From positions 1 to 16,583 of the forward strand of contig CBFGIT010000048.1 of assembly GCA_965648905.1 (NCBI GenBank): 16,583 nt of DNA, in the 5' to 3' direction. A program made the position numbers and the translations under genes. Source of the stretch: a candidate division WOR-3 bacterium. GTDB lineage: Bacteria; Hydrothermota; Tepidihabitantia; Tepidihabitantales; Tepidihabitantaceae. Shown here in pieces: positions 7,967 to 15,678 of this stretch. How positions within the stretch are numbered: position 1 is the first letter of the stretch; each line of letters opens with the position of its first letter. The notes beneath the pieces are model-generated. The model had not been told where the DNA came from and did no database searches. It was given only the letters and a program-made list of their open reading frames with translations.

Positions 7967-8911
7967 TCAGGCTTCGCTGCGGATTTCACCAACCAGCTCC
8001 TCAAGCAGGTCCTCGAGCGAGACGATACCTGTCACCTTGCCGGTTTCGTTCTCGACAACCGCGACGTGCTCGCCCCGACGCTGCATCTGCCGCAGCACGT
8101 CCATTGCCCGGTCGCTTGCCCGGACCCGGTACGCCTTGCGTACGCGGAAGGCCGGCGCTGCCAGCAGGTCTTTGGCAACAATCACTCCCACGATGTTAGC
8201 CGCCTCGCCCTGGTAGACCGGGATGCGCGAGAATCCGAACTGGTTGAAGATCTCAAGCACGTCCTGAATCCCGGCATCAGCAGCAACCGACTTGACCTCG
8301 CCGAGTGGTATCAGGACATCGGCCACGGTCGTCCCGGAGAAGTGAAACAGCCGCGTAACCAGCGGACCGACCGCGAGTCTTGTGCCCGTGCCGGCTGCAC
8401 GGTCGCGCCGGGCCATCGCCGCAACGAAATCCTGCCGGGTGAGCGCGAACCTGTGACCGGGTGTCGGCGAACGGAACAGCCGGGTTAGACCGATGAGCAC
8501 GGTCACCGCGGGCCAGAACAGCCAGTAACCGGCAAGGAGCGGGGTTGCGGCCCGGCGCAGGAGAACGGTCGGCCACGCCTGACCGATGGTCTTGGGCACG
8601 TATTCACCGACAATCATCGTAACCACCACGACAATCGCCACTGCCAGCGACGCCCCGGCCGGGCCGAGAGTGTGGGCGAAGAAACTGGCGAGGATGACCG
8701 AGCTGAAGGTGTTAGCCAGGTTGTTGCCGACCAGGATCGACACGATCGTCCGCTCCTGATGATCGAGCAGCCCGAGCGCGGTCCGCGCACCAGGCACTTT
8801 GCGGTTGGCCCAGTTTATCAGCCTGACCCAGTTCGCCCGGTAGACCATGACCTCGCTGGCCGAGAAGCAACCGGACAGAAAGAAGAGCATTGCGCAGAGC
8901 AGCAGTTCCAT
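7967..8911 (-). CDS. CNNM/DUF21 + CBS-pair membrane protein lacking the C-terminal CorC_HlyC domain
   Basis: SGCFSASE, ILVGNNLAN, VGEYVPK, FSRIPVY, GIVSLEDLLEELVGEI, then a stop. Confidence 0.85.
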   Translation of the reverse strand: MELLLCAMLFFLSGCFSASEVMVYRANWVRLINWANRKVPGARTALGLLDHQERTIVSILVGNNLANTFSSVILASFFAHTLGPAGASLAVAIVVVVTMIVGEYVPKTIGQAWPTVLLRRAATPLLAGYWLFWPAVTVLIGLTRLFRSPTPGHRFALTRQDFVAAMARRDRAAGTGTRLAVGPLVTRLFHFSGTTVADVLIPLGEVKSVAADAGIQDVLEIFNQFGFSRIPVYQGEAANIVGVIVAKDLLAAPAFRVRKAYRVRASDRAMDVLRQMQRRGEHVAVVENETGKVTGIVSLEDLLEELVGEIRSEA

Positions 8912-10156
8912 CTAGGCCTTCTGCCCGCGGCTCAATAGCACCTTTTCGAGCTTGTTGCCGTCGGTCTCGCTGACCGTGATTTCGACGTCTCGAACCGTCA
9001 GCCGGTCGCCGGTCTTCGGCAACCGACCGAGTCGGTCGTGCACAAACCCGGCCAGCCGGTCATGACCCGTGCCCCGGAACACGCCCGGGAAAAGCCGGTT
9101 GAGCGTTGCCAGGTCAATCTCGCCGTCCACCAGGTAAGAGTTCTCCGCGACCTTGGTATACGGCAGCTCGCTGGCGACGTCGAACTCGTCGGTAATCTCG
9201 CCGAACACCGCTTCGAGCAGGTCCTCAAGCGTTACCAGACCTGCAGTCTGGCCGAACTCGTCGACAACCACCGCCACGTGGGTATTTTTGCGCCGCAGCT
9301 CATCGAGCAGCTCGGTCAGCCGCTTCACCTCAGGCACGAAGAAAGGCGGCCGGGCCAGCGGCAGGGCCGGCGCGGTCGGGTCGGCTGCAGCCAGCAGTTC
9401 TTTCACGTGGAGCGTGCCGACAATCGTGTCCTTGGTACCATGGTACACCGGCAGCCGGGAAAACCCCAGCTCGCGGGCACGCCGAATCGCGTCGCCCACG
9501 GTCGCGGTATCGGGCACAGCCATGATGTCGATGCGCGGGGTCATCACCTCAGCCACGGTGCGTCCCTCAAGGCCGATGAGATTGAGCAGGACGTCCACCT
9601 CGGGCCCGTGGATGACGCCGCGCTGCCGGCCGACTTCAACCATGGTCTGAAGTTCATCGTCGGAAAGTGCCTCGGGTTCGTGCCCGCGCGGCGTGACAAA
9701 GGCACTGACCCGGGTCAGCAGTTCGACCACCGGCGCAAACGCGGTCCGGCAGAGCAGCACGACCGGGGCAGCGAGCCGGACAAACCTGACCGGACTCCGG
9801 CCGGCCGCGACTTTGGGCATAACCTCGCCGAACACCAGCACGACTGCGGTCATCACCAGTCCGGCGCCGGCCAGATAGGCGCTCTCGCTGCTGCCGGCCC
9901 GGCGTGCCAAAGCGATCGCCACGAGTGTCAGAAGAGCGGTGGCCGAAGTGTTGACAACGAGATTGCCCAAAAGCAGCGTACCGAGCAGCCGGTCCGGCCG
10001 GGACAAGAGTTCTTCGACGCGCAGACTCAGAACCGGCCGCTCGGCCCGGAGCGTCTCGCGTTGACCGGGTGTGAGAGAGAACAGCGCCGTCTCCGAGCCG
10101 GAAAAAAAGGCCGACAGGACGAGCAGGATGAGGATGGCGAGGAGAGTGAGGAGCAT
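8912..10156 (-). CDS. HlyC/CorC-family (CNNM/DUF21-CBS-CorC_HlyC) membrane protein, putative Mg2+/Co2+ transport-associated
   Basis: SAFFSGSETALFSL, LLGNLVVN, FGEVMPK, VMTPRIDI, FSRLPVY, VVDEFGQTAGLVTLEDLLEAVFGEITDE and a C-terminal transporter-associated domain. Confidence 0.9.
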   Translation of the reverse strand: MLLTLLAILILLVLSAFFSGSETALFSLTPGQRETLRAERPVLSLRVEELLSRPDRLLGTLLLGNLVVNTSATALLTLVAIALARRAGSSESAYLAGAGLVMTAVVLVFGEVMPKVAAGRSPVRFVRLAAPVVLLCRTAFAPVVELLTRVSAFVTPRGHEPEALSDDELQTMVEVGRQRGVIHGPEVDVLLNLIGLEGRTVAEVMTPRIDIMAVPDTATVGDAIRRARELGFSRLPVYHGTKDTIVGTLHVKELLAAADPTAPALPLARPPFFVPEVKRLTELLDELRRKNTHVAVVVDEFGQTAGLVTLEDLLEAVFGEITDEFDVASELPYTKVAENSYLVDGEIDLATLNRLFPGVFRGTGHDRLAGFVHDRLGRLPKTGDRLTVRDVEITVSETDGNKLEKVLLSRGQKA

Positions 10157-10162
10157 CAGACG

Positions 10163-10218
10163 AAGAAAGCAGAAGACAGAAGGCAGAATCCAGAGTCAAG
10201 AATGAAGGATGAAGAAGT
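10163..10218. repeat. Eight tandem degenerate heptamers, purine-rich on + strand
   Basis: AAGAAAG CAGAAGA CAGAAGG CAGAATC CAGAGTC AAGAATG AAGGATG AAGAAGT, filling the ybeY-hlyC gap. Confidence 0.65.
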
Positions 10219-10228
10219 CAAAGTAAGG

Positions 10229-10600
10229 CTAGATGTAGCGGGACTCGTAAGGCTTCATCTGCCGATGGGAAAGACCGCACAGATGCAACAGCCCGTGCCG
10301 AACCAGGCGCAGCAGCTCGGTCCGATAGCTGACCCCGTACTGGCGGGCCTGGAGCCGCGCCTGCTCGCGGGAGACGTAGACTTCGCCGAGCAAAGGCGAA
10401 CCAAGGGGAAACGACAGGACATCAGTCGGTCGGTCGCGCCCAAGGAAACGCCTGTTCAACTGGTGGATGTACCGGTTCGAGACAAACACAACGTTGACCA
10501 TCGCCTTCGGCTGGCCCAGGTCCTGCCCGACCCGACGGGCCAAAGCCCGCACCTCGGCAATCAGCCGGCGGTCGGCCGTGCCCAGGACACTAGCCTTCAT
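10229..10600 (-). CDS. ybeY: rRNA maturation endoribonuclease YbeY
   Basis: LNRRFLGRDRPTDVLSF, LGEVYVS and HGLLHLCGLSH (H-x3-H-x5-H). Overlaps the phoH 3' end by 11 bp. Confidence 0.92.
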   Translation of the reverse strand: MKASVLGTADRRLIAEVRALARRVGQDLGQPKAMVNVVFVSNRYIHQLNRRFLGRDRPTDVLSFPLGSPLLGEVYVSREQARLQARQYGVSYRTELLRLVRHGLLHLCGLSHRQMKPYESRYI

Positions 10601-11615
10601 TCTTCCCGGGCTCGGGCCGGGCCTCGTAGGCCTTGATGATGCGCGAGACCAGCGGCGGCCGCACCACGTCCGCCTTGGTCATGTGCACGATGGCGATGCC
10701 GGGAATGCCGCGCAGCCGCTCCTCAGCCTCGACCAGACCGGAAACATGGGTCTTGGCCAGGTCAATCTGCGTGATGTCGCCGGTAACGATTGCCTTCGAG
10801 TTCCACCCGAGGCGGGTCAGAAACATCCGCATCTGAGTGGGAATCGTGTTCTGCGCCTCGTCGAGGATGATGTAAGCATCAGAAAGCGTCCGGCCCCGCA
10901 TGAACGCCAGCGGTGCGACTTCGATGACCTCTTCTTCAATCATACGTTTCGTTCGCTCCATCGGCATCATGTCAAAGAGCGCGTCGTACAGCGGCCGCAG
11001 ATACGGGTCGACCTTCTCCTTGAACGTCCCGGGCAGATACCCGAGCGACTCCCCTGCCTCGACCGCAGGTCGCGTCAGCACAATCCGGCTCGACCGACCG
11101 GAGACGAGCGACTCAAGGGCCGCGGCCACAGCCAGGTAGGTCTTGCCCGTGCCTGCAGGCCCGATGCAGAGCACGACGTCATTGTGACGAATCGCCTCAA
11201 GATAATCCTGCTGATTCCTGGTCTTGGGCACGATGACCTTGCGGGGCGTGCGCAAGGTGCGCACCTCGCCCGGGACATGACCCGGCTTGTCGGCGACTGG
11301 GGATACGATTGCGTGTCGTGTCCCCTTGTCACCGCCCCGCCGCACCTGGCTGACTTCTGCGTCCACCAGGTCAGGAGTAACCGCCTCACCGCGGCGACAC
11401 CGGTCCAGCAGCCGGGCCAGCACCTCCTGCACCTCGGTCTCCTCGCTCTTCGGCCCGGACAAGATAAGCTGGCCGCCCCGGCAGACAAACCGCGTGCGAT
11501 AGTGTCGGCTCAAGGCGGCCAGATTACAGTCGGCCGGACCGAGAAAGCAGAGCGGGTCAATGTCCTCGACCGACAGCGAACAGTCCGAGCGCTCTTCCTT
11601 TGAGTTGTTCTTCAA
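10590..11615 (-). CDS. phoH: PhoH-family ATPase (YbeZ-like)
   Basis: GPAGTGKT Walker A, LTRPAVEAGESLGYLPG, PLAFMRGRTL, ILDEAQN, GDITQIDL. TTG start is uncertain. Confidence 0.93.
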   Translation of the reverse strand: MKNNSKEERSDCSLSVEDIDPLCFLGPADCNLAALSRHYRTRFVCRGGQLILSGPKSEETEVQEVLARLLDRCRRGEAVTPDLVDAEVSQVRRGGDKGTRHAIVSPVADKPGHVPGEVRTLRTPRKVIVPKTRNQQDYLEAIRHNDVVLCIGPAGTGKTYLAVAAALESLVSGRSSRIVLTRPAVEAGESLGYLPGTFKEKVDPYLRPLYDALFDMMPMERTKRMIEEEVIEVAPLAFMRGRTLSDAYIILDEAQNTIPTQMRMFLTRLGWNSKAIVTGDITQIDLAKTHVSGLVEAEERLRGIPGIAIVHMTKADVVRPPLVSRIIKAYEARPEPGKNEG

Positions 11616-11679
11616 TGAAGTCTTGCGGCCGGCGATTCGGCCGAGCGGTCAACTGGGCCTGGTGGTTCCAACTGCGGCT

Positions 11680-11708
11680 ATTCTAGCCCGCAGTCCGAGC
11701 CCGGTCAA
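11680..11708 (-). promoter_or_regulatory. Sigma70 promoter TTGACC-N17-TAGAAT for the phoH-recO operon
   Basis: ATTCTA at 11680-11685 and GGTCAA at 11703-11708, 17-bp spacer. Confidence 0.65.
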
Positions 11709-11722
11709 GCAAACGCCGTCGA

Positions 11723-14008
11723 TTACTCTCCCATATTGAGCACCTTGAACGTCCTGCTCAGATTCGCAGTCTGCACCCGCACCAGATAGACGCCCGGTGC
11801 GAAAGCTCCGAAATCAAGCCGGGCAGTTCCGTCCGGTCCTCGCGGGACGGACATCCGTGTCCTGACTACGCGACCGGTGGCATCGTGGATGGACACGGTC
11901 GCCTCCTCTTCCATCGGCAGACTGAGCCGCAGCCCGATGGCGCGATTGAACACGGTCGGACCGACCGCAACCTGCCCCTGTTGCGCGGCCCGTGGCTGAC
12001 GCTCCTCCACAGCCAGAACTCGCTCCAGTACCTGCTCGGCCCACCAGCAGCGCAGGCCCAGCTCAGTCGTGTCGCGGTTTCCGGGCGGCTGACCTGCCTC
12101 GCCATAGGGTGCGGCAATGACCGCGTAGTAGAAAGTGACGGTCGAGTCGGCAGCCAGGTCGAACGGGCCGGTGGACAGCAGCACCCGCTTGTCTGCCGGC
12201 ATCGCGTCGACTGAGTCAAAAGGTTCATACATGCCGGTGCGGTAGTTGTACCCGGCCATGGTGAGGTACTGATCGCGGTCCGTTACCGGATCGATGTCGA
12301 TGGTGAACCGCTTGCACGAAGTCAGGCCAAGACCATGCGGTGCATGGAGTAACCGGACCGCCACTGCTCCTGGCGTACCGGATTCCCAGTACTGGCTTCG
12401 ATTCTCGACATTGTTGTAGTCGTAGACGTAGCCGGTGTTCTTCACCCGAAATGTGTCCGGCCCCACGCGGAACAGCTTATCGAGCATCAGGCCGGTCATG
12501 TCATCGGTCGCGTCGCCGACGTCGCCATCCAGCGCAAGAGCGAAGTAGGTACGGCTAAGCTCCGAGCCGCTACAGTTTGTCAGCTCGTACTTCAGCAGGA
12601 ACACATCCCGCGCCAGCGAGTCGCTGTATCCATAGACGGTCAGACAGACGTCAACTCCCCGCGGCATGCCGTGCGGGTTGAAGTAGCCGACTTCACGTGG
12701 ACTCCGGGGGTTGGTGATGTTGATGACGCGCAGGCCGGCTGTCCCATCGGCGACATAGGCATAGCCCCCGGCGACGGTGACGTCGTTGGCAGAGCCGGGC
12801 GTGCCGCAGCAGCCGACCTCGCGCGGTTCCGGCGGACTGGAGACGTCGATGATACGCAGTCCCGAATTCCCGTCCGCGACGTAGGCATACGCGCCGGCCA
12901 CCGTCACGCCACAGGCGTAGCCGGGGGTGCCACAGGACCCGACTTCGTGTGGGCTCTGCGGGTCGGATACATCGATGACGCGCAGACCGGAATCCCCGTC
13001 CGCGACGTAGGCGTAGCTGCCAGCGACTGCGACGCCATAGGCGTGGCCCGGGGTGTCGTAGTATCCCAGTTCCGAAGGGCTCTGCGGATTGGACACGTCG
13101 ATGACGCGCAGGCCGGAGGTGTTGTCTGCGACAAGAGCGCAACTGCCGGCTACGGCCACGTCCCATGCCAGGCCAGGAGTATTGCAGTACCCCACCTGGT
13201 ATGGGCTCTCTGGATCGGAGACGTTGATGACCCGCAGGCCGGAGGTGTAGTCCGCCACGTAGGCGTAGTCTCCGGCAACCGCCACGTCCCACGCGAGAGT
13301 CATGGTACTGCAGCAACCTACTTCGTAGGGGTTGTCTGGGTCGGCAATGCTGACTACCCGCAGGCCGTAGTTCCCGGCCGTCACGTAGGCGTAGTCCCCG
13401 GCAACCGCGACTCCGTCGGCACCGCCCGCGATGTAGCAATGTCCGACTTCATACGGGTTCTGCGGACTCGACACGTCGACGATACTGAGGCCGGCCCCGC
13501 CCGTCGCCAGGTAAGCATAGCCGCCCGCGACCACCACACCACTGGCAAGCCACTCGGCAATGTGGTTGGCCGGGTCCGAGTCGCCAAAGCAGCACCACAG
13601 GTCCAGCTCGGAACGCGACTGCTGTGGCGCCATCGGGAAGCGGCCTGGCGGCGGCGGCCAGTCACCCGGGTACTTGTAAATGCGGTCGAGTGAATCACCC
13701 GTGCCCTGGCGCCAGTACCGGCATAGCGTCGGGCCGAACTCAGTCCCGCCCGAGTTCGGGTTGTAGCCGACGCTGACGAACGTGTCGCCGCCGGCAACGG
13801 CACCGACCCAGGGCCCTGCGCCGAATACGTAGAAGTTGCGCAGCGGCTGGGGCCAACTGCCGCCGGCAGCACCCGCACCCTGTGTCACGTCAATTCCCCA
13901 GCGGCCGTCGTTGTAGAAAGGACAGCGCCAGCGGTTTGCGTCAAACCACTTCATGTCGTAGATTGCCAGCGCCAGGGCCGGCACGAGCAGCAGACACAGT
14001 CTTCTCAC
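11723..14008 (-). CDS. Secreted protein with seven LVIVD repeats and a T9SS-type C-terminal domain
   Basis: Short signal peptide, 42-aa repeats (VAVAGDYAYVAD..SGLRVIDVS.P..P.EVG), and C-terminal IHDATGRVV...PGVYLVRV...FKV. GAGGAGG SD before GTG 14008. Confidence 0.88.
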   Translation of the reverse strand: MRRLCLLLVPALALAIYDMKWFDANRWRCPFYNDGRWGIDVTQGAGAAGGSWPQPLRNFYVFGAGPWVGAVAGGDTFVSVGYNPNSGGTEFGPTLCRYWRQGTGDSLDRIYKYPGDWPPPPGRFPMAPQQSRSELDLWCCFGDSDPANHIAEWLASGVVVAGGYAYLATGGAGLSIVDVSSPQNPYEVGHCYIAGGADGVAVAGDYAYVTAGNYGLRVVSIADPDNPYEVGCCSTMTLAWDVAVAGDYAYVADYTSGLRVINVSDPESPYQVGYCNTPGLAWDVAVAGSCALVADNTSGLRVIDVSNPQSPSELGYYDTPGHAYGVAVAGSYAYVADGDSGLRVIDVSDPQSPHEVGSCGTPGYACGVTVAGAYAYVADGNSGLRIIDVSSPPEPREVGCCGTPGSANDVTVAGGYAYVADGTAGLRVINITNPRSPREVGYFNPHGMPRGVDVCLTVYGYSDSLARDVFLLKYELTNCSGSELSRTYFALALDGDVGDATDDMTGLMLDKLFRVGPDTFRVKNTGYVYDYNNVENRSQYWESGTPGAVAVRLLHAPHGLGLTSCKRFTIDIDPVTDRDQYLTMAGYNYRTGMYEPFDSVDAMPADKRVLLSTGPFDLAADSTVTFYYAVIAAPYGEAGQPPGNRDTTELGLRCWWAEQVLERVLAVEERQPRAAQQGQVAVGPTVFNRAIGLRLSLPMEEEATVSIHDATGRVVRTRMSVPRGPDGTARLDFGAFAPGVYLVRVQTANLSRTFKVLNMGE
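12665..13546 (-). repeat. Seven tandem 126-bp (42-aa) LVIVD repeats, predicted 7-bladed beta-propeller
   Basis: From ASGVVV (13546) to NPHGM (12665) is exactly 882 bp = 7 x 126 with no indels. Confidence 0.85.
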
Positions 14009-14119
14009 ATTACCTCCTCAAGTCTCGGCATAACCGGACACCAATTGAGAACCCCGGAACGTCGCGACCACCTGGTCCAGGCAGGACCGCGGACGTCAGC
14101 TCCTGCTCCAGCATAAGAT

Positions 14120-14148
14120 GTTATACCGAGCCGGCAGACTCATGTCAA
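14120..14148 (-). promoter_or_regulatory. Sigma70 promoter TTGACA-N17-TATAAC for the LVIVD gene
   Basis: GTTATA at 14120-14125 and TGTCAA at 14143-14148. Confidence 0.65.
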
Positions 14149-14378
14149 GCAGCATCATCGTTCCCGACGGGGACATAATGTGGGATTTTGTGTTGTCAAT
14201 ATGCGACGGTGGACCGGAGGCGTAACCGGAATGGCTGCGTAGGGCGCACAGGCAGACGCAGGCGGACCTGCCCGCGCGTCTGCAGGCGGGCCGCGAGTAT
14301 CACCCCCCTGCGCTACTCCCGAGCACGTGTCAGATGGTGCGGCTGGTAAGTGACGAAGCAGCAAGGTGTTACCAAGAT

Positions 14379-14388
14379 GGGGGGGGGG
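14379..14388. repeat. G10 homopolymer just upstream of a promoter
   Basis: Ten consecutive G, ending 8 bp before TTGACA at 14397. Confidence 0.75.
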
Positions 14389-14396
14389 ATTCATGC

Positions 14397-14424
14397 TTGA
14401 CATCCAACCGTGCGGGCTCATAAT
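14397..14424 (+). promoter_or_regulatory. Sigma70-like promoter TTGACA-N16-CATAAT
   Basis: Hexamers at 14397-14402 and 14419-14424, pointing toward the small ORF and RAYT-like gene. Confidence 0.55.
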
Positions 14425-14538
14425 GGTGGCAGAGCGGATAGCCTGACACGGGCTTGGAGCGATGTCGATGTTGACTGTCGATTGGCAGCCGGGCAATCCG
14501 CAAGTCCGTGACCGTCGAGCGCCGCATTGGAGGTGCCC

Positions 14539-14841
14539 GTGAGGAACGTCTTATCGAGGTCTCTTGAGTTCGGGCAAACCCGGCGCGCCGCCGCGCCGGA
14601 GAAGGACAACCAAGTCTGTGCCGCGGCTTCTACATCTGCCCTGCCCTGCGACAGGGGGCGGGCGAGCAGCGCGTACGCAACCGACAGTCCAAGCCACCAT
14701 CACAATCACAAGACCGTTCAGTTCCGTTCCGGCCTTTCTGGTTTGCCTTCGCGCAGATGCCGGCCCTGCCCGGCCGAAGTCCGCGTCCAAGCCAAGAACA
14801 CCCAAGCGGCCGGTCGGCTCGCGCCTCGGCACGGCATCTGA
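14539..14841 (+). CDS. Possible small hypothetical protein (100 aa)
   Basis: GGAGG (14529-14533) 5 nt before GTG, and stop 19 nt before the RAYT-like ATG. No recognisable motif, so it may be non-coding. Confidence 0.3.
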   Translation: MRNVLSRSLEFGQTRRAAAPEKDNQVCAAASTSALPCDRGRASSAYATDSPSHHHNHKTVQFRSGLSGLPSRRCRPCPAEVRVQAKNTQAAGRLAPRHGI

Positions 14842-14860
14842 CCCAGAACTGAGGGGGTCA

Positions 14861-15516
14861 ATGGCGCGACATGCCCGCCTTCTTCTGCCGGGCGAGATGC
14901 ACTACGTTCTGGCACGCGCCGCCGGGGCGACGAGGACTGCCTCTATTATGTCCATGCGCTGCACGACACGGCATCCGCCGCCGGAGTCAAGGTAAGGGCG
15001 TATGCACTCCTGCCGCGTGCCGTGCATCTGCTCGTTGAACCGGCCAGCACCGAGGCGTTCCGGTCAGTCATGCGCCTGACACATGCCGCCTACGGCCGCT
15101 ATGCTCGTCGTGCCCACTGCCCGACCAGTGAAGTCTGGAAGGACCGGCCTGAAACTTGTGCCGTCGAGCGCAGCCTGGCACCACTGGTTGCATTCTGGAT
15201 CGAGCACGCACCGGTCCGTGAGAACCGCGTCGCCGTGTCCCAGGCATGGCCGTGGAGCAGCGCCGCGGCCCGAACCGGGGCGCGTGCAAATGACCTGCTG
15301 CTCGGAGCTGAGGACATCGGCACAGCGACTCCCGATGCGTGGGCACGACTGGGCCAGCGTGCGGACCAGTGCTTCGCGTTCCGGCTTGAGCGGAGTCTGC
15401 GCAGCGGCCTGCCCCTGGGTGACTCGGACTTTGCGACGAAGGTCGTCCGGTTCACGGTCACAGAGCGACATTGCAGGACGATAAGGGCGTGCCGATTCTG
15501 GCGGTCGAAGCGTTGA
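14861..15516 (+). pseudogene. Frameshifted, catalytically degenerate REP-associated tyrosine transposase (RAYT/Y1 HUH family) homologue
   Basis: MARHARLLLPGEMHYVLAR in one frame from ATG 14861, then DEDCLYY...GVKVRAYALLPRAVHLLVEP...WIEHAPVR...WPWSSAAA in another from ~14926. Matches the MARLAR..PG..HHV.QRG / AYCLMPNHVHL / YIE.NPVR / WPWSSA pattern. Confidence 0.75.
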
Positions 15517-15596
15517 GACCGAGCTGCCCGCCCGGTTCCGGCGCCTGACTCCGTCCCTTCTCCGTCCCCGAAGATACGCTGGGACTCAGTCCGAGC

Positions 15597-15678
15597 TTGA
15601 CAGGATGCCGCGTCGCGCTACACTCGGCCGTCGGCGGACGGTGTCGTCATTGACAGCGCGTCAGCCATCGAGGATAAT
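15597..15678 (+). promoter_or_regulatory. Tandem sigma70-like promoters TTGACA-N16-TACACT (15597-15624) and TTGACA-N17-GATAAT (15650-15678)
   Basis: Hexamers read directly, upstream of the YVTN gene with its AGGAGGA SD at 15794-15800. Confidence 0.55.

Noticed and set aside
9038..11603. Long + strand ORFs (532 aa, 378 aa) and similar antisense ORFs over degP, S8, recO and LVIVD genes
   Set aside because: Antisense shadows of well-supported genes, expected from high-GC codon bias, with no motifs of their own.
12665..13546. 126-bp repeats as a CRISPR array or DGR template/variable pair
   Set aside because: Contiguous in-frame coding repeats with no spacers, no evident adenine-specific divergence, and no cas or RT gene in the window.
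14572..14614. GGGCAAACC plus hairpin resembling a c-di-GMP-I riboswitch
   Set aside because: Lacks the GNRA loop, the GACGCAAAG segment and the second stem.
14839..14841. Single TGA separating the 14539 ORF from an open frame running to 15516 (readthrough or selenocysteine fusion)
   Set aside because: The genuine RAYT N-terminus is in a different frame with its own SD and ATG, and no SECIS-like support was seen.
14168..15570. CGGGGAC (14168-14174) and GTCCCCG (15564-15570) as terminal inverted repeats of a RAYT element
   Set aside because: Only 7 bp in GC-rich DNA, and the same heptamer also occurs at 299-305. Not distinguishable from chance without a genome-wide count.
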